Positions 35,579 through 42,960 of a stretch of DNA of 44,891 nucleotides are shown here, in pieces. Source of the DNA: Eubacteriales bacterium. Its GTDB lineage: Bacteria > Bacillota > Clostridia > Oscillospirales > QAKW01. Each line of letters opens with the position of its first letter. Position 1 is the stretch's first letter. The notes under the pieces were generated by a model. The model was not told the DNA's origin and did no database searches. It was given only the letters and a program-made list of their open reading frames with translations. The stretch spans positions 1 through 44,891 of the forward strand of contig JAZMZQ010000088.1 in NCBI GenBank assembly GCA_045586045.1. Reading direction: 5' to 3'. The position numbers and the translations under genes are program-made.

Positions 35579-37621
35579 TTATTTGAAATGGATTAAGGCG
35601 TAAGAACAGTCGTTCGGCAGGCTGATCTGCCATGTGCTGCCTGCCTGTGTAACGGTGGCAGCTTCCTGATTGAAGGGGGCGTATACCGTGGGGATCTTGT
35701 TCGTTTGAATATGGATATTGCCATCCACGCCGATAGGCGTAATGTCCGTCAGCAAATTTACGCGGCTGCGGTGAGTGCGGATAGAATCCAGCTTGTGGTT
35801 GATATCCACATCATAGTCTTCCGCCAGCAGTTGTACGATGATGGCATCACCGTCGCACCGCATGGTGGTAAGATAGCCATTTGCCTTGGTGATAGTAACG
35901 GGCATGGGGCGCACCATGGAATGCACGAGATCCAGCAGCTGATCGCGGTTGGTATCACCCAGCCGATGGGGGTGGTAGAAAACGCCCTTTTCCGGCTGCT
36001 GCCACACATCCGGATCATCGGAATTATTGATTCGGATGGTTTTGCACCAGTCCGGTCGCTTCACATGAATTCCATCGGGAACGGTGGTAAAAAAATCTGC
36101 GCTCGGAATATCAAGTCGGTTGGGAAGCTTCCAGCTGTTTATACAGCCGGAGACCGCAGTGGGACCGTATATAATCACTTTGCCGCCTGCGGCAAGGTAG
36201 CGCGCCATGGCGGCATGCTCTTCGCCGGTCATCTTTGCCACACCGGCAAGCAGGATCACCGGATAGGTAACCGCATTTTCCGGAAAGGCGAACACAGTAT
36301 GCGGGCACAGACCATTGGCAAACAGCAGATGCAGCGTGTCGCCATAGTCCTTGTAATAGCCGTTGTTCAAGCTGCCGTAGAGGGTGTGGTTGCGGGTTTC
36401 GTAGGAGAAATACACTCCTAACTGCCCCACACTTTCACCTCGGAATAACTCCGGATGGGCAGCTTCAAAGCCGAAAGCAGTACCTACGATATCCTCCTCA
36501 CCGGGCAAGGTGTTGAGAATGTGCCAGGGCAGACCCAGTCGTGTTTTCAGTGTGCCAATCCACGCGTCTGCATCCAGCACCTTGGCGGTTGCCCAGACAT
36601 GGTTGGCCGCTGCTGTACTGTGGGCAAAGCCGGTGCAGAAGGCTCTTACGCCCTTTTCGCGGGCGGCTGCCTGATGGTGGGAGGAGTTGATCAGACGATG
36701 GGGAATGGGAACATTTACGGTTTTGGAGTCGTGTTTATAGGGCGGTGTATTACCGCTGAGCTCCATGTTCACATAGTTCCAACCGCGCAGGAAGTTGCGG
36801 GCATCGGTGGCGGACATGACTGCTCCGGCAGAGGCGGAGGCAGCACCGCAGCCGGTGAGGATAAAATTCTCCGGCAGCACTTTGCGCAGATTCTCGTAAA
36901 AGCTGCCCCCTGCATCGAAGCGCATATCAATCCACGCGTTCCATGCAGGATTCTCCCAATTGCCCCAAAAAGAGGTGTCCTCCACCGAGGGAAGGTCTAT
37001 TCCCGCTCTGCGCTGCAGCTCGGCACGGCAGTGGCTGCAGCCGCAGGCATTGTGATGCATATAGTACAATGCATCATCGGCACTGAGACCGTCAATACCG
37101 GTCTCGCTGATGAGATATTTCACATAATCCTGATAGGCTTCCTGAAAGTCCGGATTCCGAGGGCAGAAGCCTTCGGCGGTGTATTGGGGAAACCACAGGG
37201 GCTTTCCGGTCTTTACATCCATCATCCGCCAGTCGTTGAGCAGTTTACCTTTGTAGCGCCAGTCGGCAGCCGCCTCAAATGTGGGGCTGAAGGGCAGATG
37301 AGGACCGCTATCCAGCATCACATGGCGCATTTCCTGACGGGTGCTGTAGCGGTGTACCAAATTTACGGAATGGTGGTCGAACAGCTTGATGCCGTATTTG
37401 TGCAGTTCCTCTGCCACCGTGGCGATATAGTCGTGGAGCAAGGGAAACACCGGCATAAAATCCCACCGAAAGTGGGTGCCGAAGAGCATGGCCGCGGATA
37501 CATGGGCATTGGCAAATCCCTCCGCCCGCGCCTTGATCCTGTCCATATTGTCGGAATCCGGCCATTGCAGGTCGTTCCAGTGGATCCACCATGAAGCAAT
37601 GCGGTGGTGTTCGTTTTTCAT
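35579..37621 (-). CDS. Uncharacterised 680-aa GHL-type protein in the murQ operon
   Basis: ATG 37621 with AAGGAG 7 nt upstream, 1 nt after the murQ stop (the ORF opens at 37729 inside murQ). Shares a Cys-containing block with 13263-15152. Confidence 0.6.
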   Translation of the reverse strand: MKNEHHRIASWWIHWNDLQWPDSDNMDRIKARAEGFANAHVSAAMLFGTHFRWDFMPVFPLLHDYIATVAEELHKYGIKLFDHHSVNLVHRYSTRQEMRHVMLDSGPHLPFSPTFEAAADWRYKGKLLNDWRMMDVKTGKPLWFPQYTAEGFCPRNPDFQEAYQDYVKYLISETGIDGLSADDALYYMHHNACGCSHCRAELQRRAGIDLPSVEDTSFWGNWENPAWNAWIDMRFDAGGSFYENLRKVLPENFILTGCGAASASAGAVMSATDARNFLRGWNYVNMELSGNTPPYKHDSKTVNVPIPHRLINSSHHQAAAREKGVRAFCTGFAHSTAAANHVWATAKVLDADAWIGTLKTRLGLPWHILNTLPGEEDIVGTAFGFEAAHPELFRGESVGQLGVYFSYETRNHTLYGSLNNGYYKDYGDTLHLLFANGLCPHTVFAFPENAVTYPVILLAGVAKMTGEEHAAMARYLAAGGKVIIYGPTAVSGCINSWKLPNRLDIPSADFFTTVPDGIHVKRPDWCKTIRINNSDDPDVWQQPEKGVFYHPHRLGDTNRDQLLDLVHSMVRPMPVTITKANGYLTTMRCDGDAIIVQLLAEDYDVDINHKLDSIRTHRSRVNLLTDITPIGVDGNIHIQTNKIPTVYAPFNQEAATVTQAGSTWQISLPNDCSYALIHFK

Positions 37622-37622
37622 A

Positions 37623-38444
37623 TCAAATCTCCTTCTTCCAAAGCTGCAGCGCATCGCGGATGATCCAGTTGCTCTTTTCCAGCAAATCGGTGGCAGCATC
37701 CTCATCATAACCGGTGATCTGGCTGACAATGCGGATCACCCGACCCCGAAGCTTGATGTTGGAGGGCTTGAGGTTGATCATCATGTTTTCATAAACTTTT
37801 CCTGTTTTTACCATAGCGCATGTAGTAAGCGTATTAAGGACGATTTTTTGCGCAGTACCGGCCTTTAAGCGGGTTGAGCCTGTCAGAACCTCTGCACCCG
37901 TGTCTGTAAAAATCTGAATATCCGCTGCATTCAGTATTTTTGTATCGGGGTTACAGCTTACCCCTACGGTTACAGCACCGATGGATTTCGCAGTTTCTAT
38001 TGCACCTACCACATATGCCGCATTCCCTGCCGCAGATATTCCAACCACAACGTCCACAGATCTAACACCGTGTTCGGCGATTGCTTCACAGCCCTTTTCA
38101 TATTTGTCTTCTTCGTTTTCTCCGGCGAGGAACATTCTTTCGTTTCCGCCTGCGATGATACCTTGAACCTGATCATAGGGTACGCCAAAAGTCGGCGGGC
38201 ACTCCGCAGCATCAAGAACACCGAGTCTGCCTGATGTTCCTGCGCCGACATAGAAAAGACGTCCGCCATTTTCAAAGGCGGCGGCAATCGCGTCAACCGC
38301 CTGAGCAATTGCAGAGGCAGCGTCCTCAACGGCTTTTACTGCATCGTAATTCGCCGTGATAACAAGTTTTGCCATTTCCTCTGAACTCATTTTATCCATA
38401 CGCATACTGGCGGGATTTCTCGTTTCCGTTTTTGATAGACTCAT
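37623..38444 (-). CDS. murQ: N-acetylmuramic acid 6-phosphate etherase
   Basis: TETRNPASMRMDKMSSEEM..., GRLFYVGAGTSGRLGVLDAAECPPTFG SIS-domain core, and C-terminal KLKAGTAQK-type block. The start overlaps the upstream stop by 1 nt. Confidence 0.85.
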   Translation of the reverse strand: MSLSKTETRNPASMRMDKMSSEEMAKLVITANYDAVKAVEDAASAIAQAVDAIAAAFENGGRLFYVGAGTSGRLGVLDAAECPPTFGVPYDQVQGIIAGGNERMFLAGENEEDKYEKGCEAIAEHGVRSVDVVVGISAAGNAAYVVGAIETAKSIGAVTVGVSCNPDTKILNAADIQIFTDTGAEVLTGSTRLKAGTAQKIVLNTLTTCAMVKTGKVYENMMINLKPSNIKLRGRVIRIVSQITGYDEDAATDLLEKSNWIIRDALQLWKKEI

Positions 38445-39598
38445 TACTCTATTCCTCCGTAAGTTTTTTTGAAATTCCCGTAAAATTCATCAGGTATATC
38501 ACATGCCGTTATGGAACATGCCTTCTTACAGGCTCCGTATATCGGCGGCAGTGTATTTACAAGTAATTTTACATCGCTGTACTGTCCGATGAATTCAGTC
38601 ATGATTTCTCCGTAGTGTTCAAAGAGACCTCCGCTCGCAATAGCGACAGGGCTTGCATTGCAAAGTTTAACACCCGCATTTAAGAGCTCTGCCAATGCTT
38701 TTGTATTTCTCAAAATGATCTGTACGGCTTTTTTATCTCCTTGTTTGAAAGCATCAAAAGCAATTGATGCAAAACTTGCTATATAGGGCTTCCCTTCACT
38801 ATAAATCGTATTGATATGCTCCCACACGGTGTCAACATTCAGTTTCCGGCACAGCATTCTGCTCATCAACGAACGGTTCTCCCTCATATCTTCTTCGTGC
38901 AACGCTTCCCGAATCACGTCCCTGCCAAAATCATAAGCGCTGCCGGCACCATCAAGCAGATATCCCCATCCGCCAAGCCTTTTGTATGAATCACCGTCTT
39001 TGACGAATACAACCGATCCTGTCCCGCTGATGACAGCCATATCGGCTCTTTCATCAAGTGCAAAAAGATTAAAGGAATCATTTTTTATTTGTATATCAAT
39101 CTGTTGATATCGTCTTTTTAATTCAGCAGATAACCGCTTTGCATAATCTCCCGTAGAGATTCCCGCAATTCCACAGAATACGCTTCTGATAGAATGAAAT
39201 TCCGTAAGAATATCGCCAATCCCATCGACAAGTATGGAAAGCATTGCAGAATACCCGATATCGTTCGGGTTACATCCGCTTTTTACAAGGCGTTTTAGTA
39301 CATATCCTTCTGAGGAGACAAGTACAAACTCCGTTTTTGTTCCCCCTCCGTCAATTCCCAAAAACAGATCATCGCTTTGCTTGCGAAGAAGGTCATCCAC
39401 CAATACACCAAAGTATGCGGCTATATTGATCAGATTTTCAAGTTCGGGCGGAGCCACCCCGCGCTCCCAATTGGATACTGCCTGAAAGCTTACTCCTAAA
39501 ATATCGGCAAATTCATTTTGCGTTAATCCTTTTTGTTTGCGTAATTCCCTAATGCTTGTCCCAAGCGTTTCTATATTAAGCAAGATCCGTTCCTCCAT
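38444..39598 (-). CDS. XRE HTH domain fused to a BadF/BadG/BcrA/BcrD-type ATPase (GlcNAc/MurNAc kinase-like)
   Basis: N-terminus IRELRKQKGLTQNEFADILGVSFQAVSNWERG. Then FLGIDGGGTKTEFVLV, ISGTGSV and GGWGYLLDGAGSAY kinase blocks. Confidence 0.75.
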   Translation of the reverse strand: MEERILLNIETLGTSIRELRKQKGLTQNEFADILGVSFQAVSNWERGVAPPELENLINIAAYFGVLVDDLLRKQSDDLFLGIDGGGTKTEFVLVSSEGYVLKRLVKSGCNPNDIGYSAMLSILVDGIGDILTEFHSIRSVFCGIAGISTGDYAKRLSAELKRRYQQIDIQIKNDSFNLFALDERADMAVISGTGSVVFVKDGDSYKRLGGWGYLLDGAGSAYDFGRDVIREALHEEDMRENRSLMSRMLCRKLNVDTVWEHINTIYSEGKPYIASFASIAFDAFKQGDKKAVQIILRNTKALAELLNAGVKLCNASPVAIASGGLFEHYGEIMTEFIGQYSDVKLLVNTLPPIYGACKKACSITACDIPDEFYGNFKKTYGGIE

Positions 39599-39690
39599 AT
39601 ATATGATTTATAATTGAATTATAACAATTGCAAATAGAAATATCAAACAACTGCTCGTTGATTTTTGCGTCAAACTAAACGAATAATAGA

Positions 39691-39733
39691 AAAAGCAATA
39701 TTCTTCCCCGTAGCAGGAAGAATATTGCTTTTT
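39691..39733 (-). terminator. Terminator behind spoIVB remnant C
   Basis: AAAGCAATATTCTTCC ccgtagca GGAAGAATATTGCTTT, T-run on both strands. Confidence 0.75.
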
Positions 39734-39752
39734 AATGAAGATATGGTATATC

Positions 39753-39897
39753 TTATGAAGCCGAGAGCATGTTTTCGATAAAGATGCCGTAGCCGCGGGT
39801 GGGGTCGGAGATCAAGACATGGGTTACTGCGCCGACGATTTTGCCATCCTGCAAAATCGGGCTGCCGCTCACGAGTGTGTCAATATAGGACCAACAT
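39753..39897 (-). pseudogene. spoIVB 3'-end remnant C plus shared junction
   Basis: 39753-39871 is about 93% identical by hand to 42964-43082 and reads [38 protein letters not shown]. 39872-39897 is the junction shared with remnant D. Confidence 0.85.
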
Positions 39898-39936
39898 ATT
39901 TTTATATCATTCATTTTCAATTTATCCTTTAAACGC

Positions 39937-39969
39937 AAAGAAATCGCACCAATTAGGCGCGATTTCTTT
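39937..39969 (-). terminator. Hairpin after B2
   Basis: AAAGAAATCGCACC aatta GGCGCGATTTCTTT (with G-U pairs), 30 nt after the stop at 40000. Confidence 0.55.
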
Positions 39970-39999
39970 ATTTTATATGGAATTATATGAAATTGTGGC

Positions 40000-41010
40000 T
40001 TACTTAGGTCTGTATGCCGGGCAGGAGTAACATGCAAAACCACGATTAGAACATTTACAAGCACAGGATCTGGCTCTAATTCCATTAATGCGTTCTCTTT
40101 CTCTACGGCTCTCTTTTTCAGCTTCTGCAGCGTCTTTTGCCATTTGTTGCTGTTGTTGCTCCATTTGCCTATTGTGACGCCTCATTTCTTCCATTTGCTG
40201 TTCCATAGCCTCTTGGCGAAGCCGCTCTTCTTCTCGCCGTTGTTCCTCTTCTCGTTCTTTGCGGTCGTCTTCAATGGCTAAATTAAGCGCATCTTTCAAA
40301 TTGTCGGCTCTACCGCTTTGCAAAGAAGAAAGTATATTTTTCGTCAAATAATGATATTCACTTGATAAAATGTCAAGGCCGGTTATTTGTTGCTCAATTC
40401 CCACAAGTTGCTGCTTTGCGTTATTTATATTTGCTTGGTATTCTTCTCTTGCAGCGACAAAATCATTGTGACAAGAATTCTGGAGTTGAATAAATTTTGC
40501 CATGCTGTCTTTTGCTTGGGCTTTTTCTTTTTCAAATCGACTGAGGTTTTGTCTAAAACTGTCCATCGTCTGATTGAACTTTTCAACAGATTCATCATAG
40601 ATTTTCTTTTTCTCAAGATAAATGCGTTTTAAGCCTTTACATAAGTATAGCAAAACCGCTGTGCCGACAATTCCAACAGCACCAAGACTTGATAAAAAAG
40701 AAGCTTTTGTTATCAAGTAAAGAAGAATCGATATTATTCCACCGCCGGCGAACAGAATAAGTATTTTTTTCAATTTCTCATATTTAAGTTCATTTGGCAA
40801 ATAAATGTCTTTATCGATCGGAAAAAGCGGCATGATGGAGTAGACAGAGGGCACCATTGGACCATCGCCTCTAACACGACGTATTTCATTGAGTCTTTTC
40901 TTTGCGTCATCCAATTCGCCGTATTGAATGCGATATTCCAAATCACTTTTTTTATCCAACAGCTCTTCAAGTTTTTTTAATTTATTAATCACTTCTTTAT
41001 TATTTAACAT
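40000..41010 (-). CDS. Unknown 2-TM coiled-coil protein with an E/R/Q-rich helix and a Cys-rich tail ('B2')
   Basis: TM hairpin [18 protein letters not shown] / [16 protein letters not shown]. Blocks [14 protein letters not shown] and [12 protein letters not shown]; tail [18 protein letters not shown]. The start overlaps the A2 end by 11 nt. Confidence 0.75.
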   Translation of the reverse strand: MLNNKEVINKLKKLEELLDKKSDLEYRIQYGELDDAKKRLNEIRRVRGDGPMVPSVYSIMPLFPIDKDIYLPNELKYEKLKKILILFAGGGIISILLYLITKASFLSSLGAVGIVGTAVLLYLCKGLKRIYLEKKKIYDESVEKFNQTMDSFRQNLSRFEKEKAQAKDSMAKFIQLQNSCHNDFVAAREEYQANINNAKQQLVGIEQQITGLDILSSEYHYLTKNILSSLQSGRADNLKDALNLAIEDDRKEREEEQRREEERLRQEAMEQQMEEMRRHNRQMEQQQQQMAKDAAEAEKESRRERERINGIRARSCACKCSNRGFACYSCPAYRPK

Positions 41011-41593
41011 CTTTCCGTTCTCTCCAGTTTTGTAAAATAAAAAGGTATGCTATTTCTGCTTGAATTTCGCGCAAAGATTCATCGATATCGTATGCTGTGG
41101 TATTAATAATTTCGCCGCCTAAGTTTTCGATGAATTTTTTGCCCAACTCTTCTGTTTTGACTTTGTATTTTGCGTCTCCCAAAGATGGATCATTATCAAA
41201 AAGGTGCTCATCATATATCCAAGAGTCATTATCATAGGGATTAGCAATGCCATGCAAAATTGATAGTAGTATACAGTACACACCCTCGGTATTATCCGCT
41301 TCTTGAACCTTGCTGATATACGCAATAAAAGGGTTTTTGTTGGCATCAATAAGGGCAGGATATGACGAATACTCCGTATTTGATGTGCTGATACTGTTTG
41401 ATAGCAAAAATGCCATTTTAAACAAGAATGTTTTTATGTTGTTTTGCGAAGTTCGCCTTAGGTTTTTTTCGGTGATGCGTAAAAGATACGAATAAAGGAA
41501 AACCGAACGTTCTTCAAGATTTTTGCATTCATCGAACGCTTGTTTTCCGGATGACGATAAAAACCATGCGGCATCATTAGTAATAAGTTCCAT
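41000..41593 (-). CDS. Unknown soluble protein ('A2')
   Basis: ATG 41593 with AAGGAG 8 nt upstream (the ORF opens at 41692). Blocks LEERSVFLYSYL, YPALIDANKNPFIAYI and YCILLSILHGIANP....WIYD match A1. Confidence 0.75.
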   Translation of the reverse strand: MELITNDAAWFLSSSGKQAFDECKNLEERSVFLYSYLLRITEKNLRRTSQNNIKTFLFKMAFLLSNSISTSNTEYSSYPALIDANKNPFIAYISKVQEADNTEGVYCILLSILHGIANPYDNDSWIYDEHLFDNDPSLGDAKYKVKTEELGKKFIENLGGEIINTTAYDIDESLREIQAEIAYLFILQNWRERKDVK

Positions 41594-41708
41594 TTGGTAT
41601 TTCTCCTTTAAATTTTTTGCAGATTTCTTATCTTTAACACAATTATAGGGCAAAAATATGTTAATGTCAAGAAAAATGCAAATCTTTAGCATATTTTGGA
41701 GGATAATT

Positions 41709-41951
41709 GTGAAGATCTATGATTATAAAGGAAAGAAAAATATCTGCGGTGAGCGGGTACACGAAGCGCGGTGTCGGTTGCGGTTAACCCAAAGCAATCT
41801 GGCGGCGCAGTTGCAGGTAGCAGGAATCATTATTGAGCGGGACAGTGTTTCCCGCATTGAAATCGGGACACGCTTTGTGGCAGATTACGAAATCCGCGCA
41901 TTGTCCGAAATCTTAAAGGTCCCGGTGGATTGGTTGCTTGGGATCGAATAA
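41709..41951 (+). CDS. Small XRE-family HTH regulator
   Basis: GTG 41709 lies 7 nt after GGAGG. GERVHEARCRLRLTQSNLAAQLQVAGIIIERDSVSRIEIGTRFVADYEIRALSEIL is a typical Cro/CI-type HTH. Confidence 0.75.
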   Translation: MKIYDYKGKKNICGERVHEARCRLRLTQSNLAAQLQVAGIIIERDSVSRIEIGTRFVADYEIRALSEILKVPVDWLLGIE

Positions 41952-41954
41952 ATG

Positions 41955-41981
41955 AAAAAGCAGACCCAAGGGTCTGCTTTT
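41955..41981. terminator. Bidirectional terminator between the XRE gene and spoIVB remnant B
   Basis: AAAAGCAGACC caag GGTCTGCTTTT. Confidence 0.75.
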
Positions 41982-41982
41982 A

Positions 41983-42135
41983 CTATACTGCGCTGGCCAG
42001 CATATTTTCGATGAAGATGCCGTAGCCGGCGGTGGGGTCGGAGACCAAGACATGGGTTACTGCGCCGACGATTTTGCCGTTTTGCAAAATCGGGCTGCCG
42101 CTCATGCCCTGCACAATGCCGCCGGTAGCGGTACA
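41983..42135 (-). pseudogene. spoIVB 3'-end remnant B
   Basis: About 88% identical by hand to 42961-43110. Reads [48 protein letters not shown], closed upstream by an in-frame TGA. Confidence 0.85.
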
Positions 42136-42140
42136 TCAAA

Positions 42141-42728
42141 TTATTTTAGCTCTTTGCGAAAAAGATCAAGTAAATAATCGTTTACTCCGTTTGCTGCCTG
42201 AATGGTGGCGGTCATTAGGTCAGATGGGTCGATGTTGGAAAATTCAAATTGATAGCCGTTATAATCAATTAGTTTTGAAACAAAAATACGTTGGGTGCGG
42301 CCGTTTCCCTCCCGAAAGGGATGCAATAGATTGGTGGTGCAGTAAAAATCCACCAATTCATCAATAAATTTCGGTTTGGAAAGACCCTTGAAATAATTCA
42401 TCTTTTTAAGGCGGTCAAAGCAAGCGTAGCATAAGTTTTCTAATTGATCGGCAGGGCAAAAGGCGGTTCCTTTTTTGGAAATATCCACTGTGCGGAGCTC
42501 GCCGGCCCAACCATAAAGATCTTCAAAAAGAAATCGGTGGATGGATTTGTAATAATCAAAATCCAAAGGCGGTTTGGCAGGCTGACTTTCCAATAGGGTT
42601 GTCTTGGCGTGGGTGATGGTGGCTTCAAGGGATGCCAACTGCTCTTCATTTCGCACATCAAACTTATTAATAAGGCAGGTGGTTCCCTCATAACAGTTTG
42701 CAGAAATCGGATCGATACTGTAGCCCAT
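42141..42728 (-). CDS. Fic/Fido-domain toxin (class I, FicT/VbhT-like)
   Basis: Canonical HPFREGNGRTQR motif. 195 aa. ATG overlaps the antitoxin stop (TAATG). Confidence 0.85.
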   Translation of the reverse strand: MGYSIDPISANCYEGTTCLINKFDVRNEEQLASLEATITHAKTTLLESQPAKPPLDFDYYKSIHRFLFEDLYGWAGELRTVDISKKGTAFCPADQLENLCYACFDRLKKMNYFKGLSKPKFIDELVDFYCTTNLLHPFREGNGRTQRIFVSKLIDYNGYQFEFSNIDPSDLMTATIQAANGVNDYLLDLFRKELK

Positions 42729-42901
42729 TATGCGGTAACACCTGCCTTTTCTTTTGCCATGGTGAGATATTCTTCCATGGTGATCTCTTTATTTAAGAGC
42801 CTGCGGCACCATTCTTTGGTTTGTTCATCCACCGAAAAACCCTCCATCTCTAAAGAGAAGGTGGCATTTTTGATGCAACGTTCAATTTGCTTTTCGCTCA
42901 T
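42728..42901 (-). CDS. VbhA/FicA-type antitoxin
   Basis: 57 aa. SLEMEG matches the inhibitory [S/T]xxxE[G/N] helix motif. ATG 42901 preferred over GTG 42910. Confidence 0.75.
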   Translation of the reverse strand: MSEKQIERCIKNATFSLEMEGFSVDEQTKEWCRRLLNKEITMEEYLTMAKEKAGVTA

Positions 42902-42960
42902 GCAAAACACCTGCCTTTATGTAGAGTATACCACACGTATAGGTGTGGTGCAACTCTTTT

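Noticed and set aside
39753-40085. 110-aa ORF that could be taken for a small SpoIVB-like gene
   Set aside because: Only its last 38 codons are spoIVB-derived. The upstream part runs through the junction, the B2 terminator and the 3' end of B2 in another frame. It is a chimeric read-through of remnant C, not a gene.
41885-42139. 84-aa minus-strand ORF over remnant B
   Set aside because: It is in a different frame from the SpoIVB-homologous reading, and the translation is Arg-rich nonsense. The homologous frame is closed by an upstream TGA.
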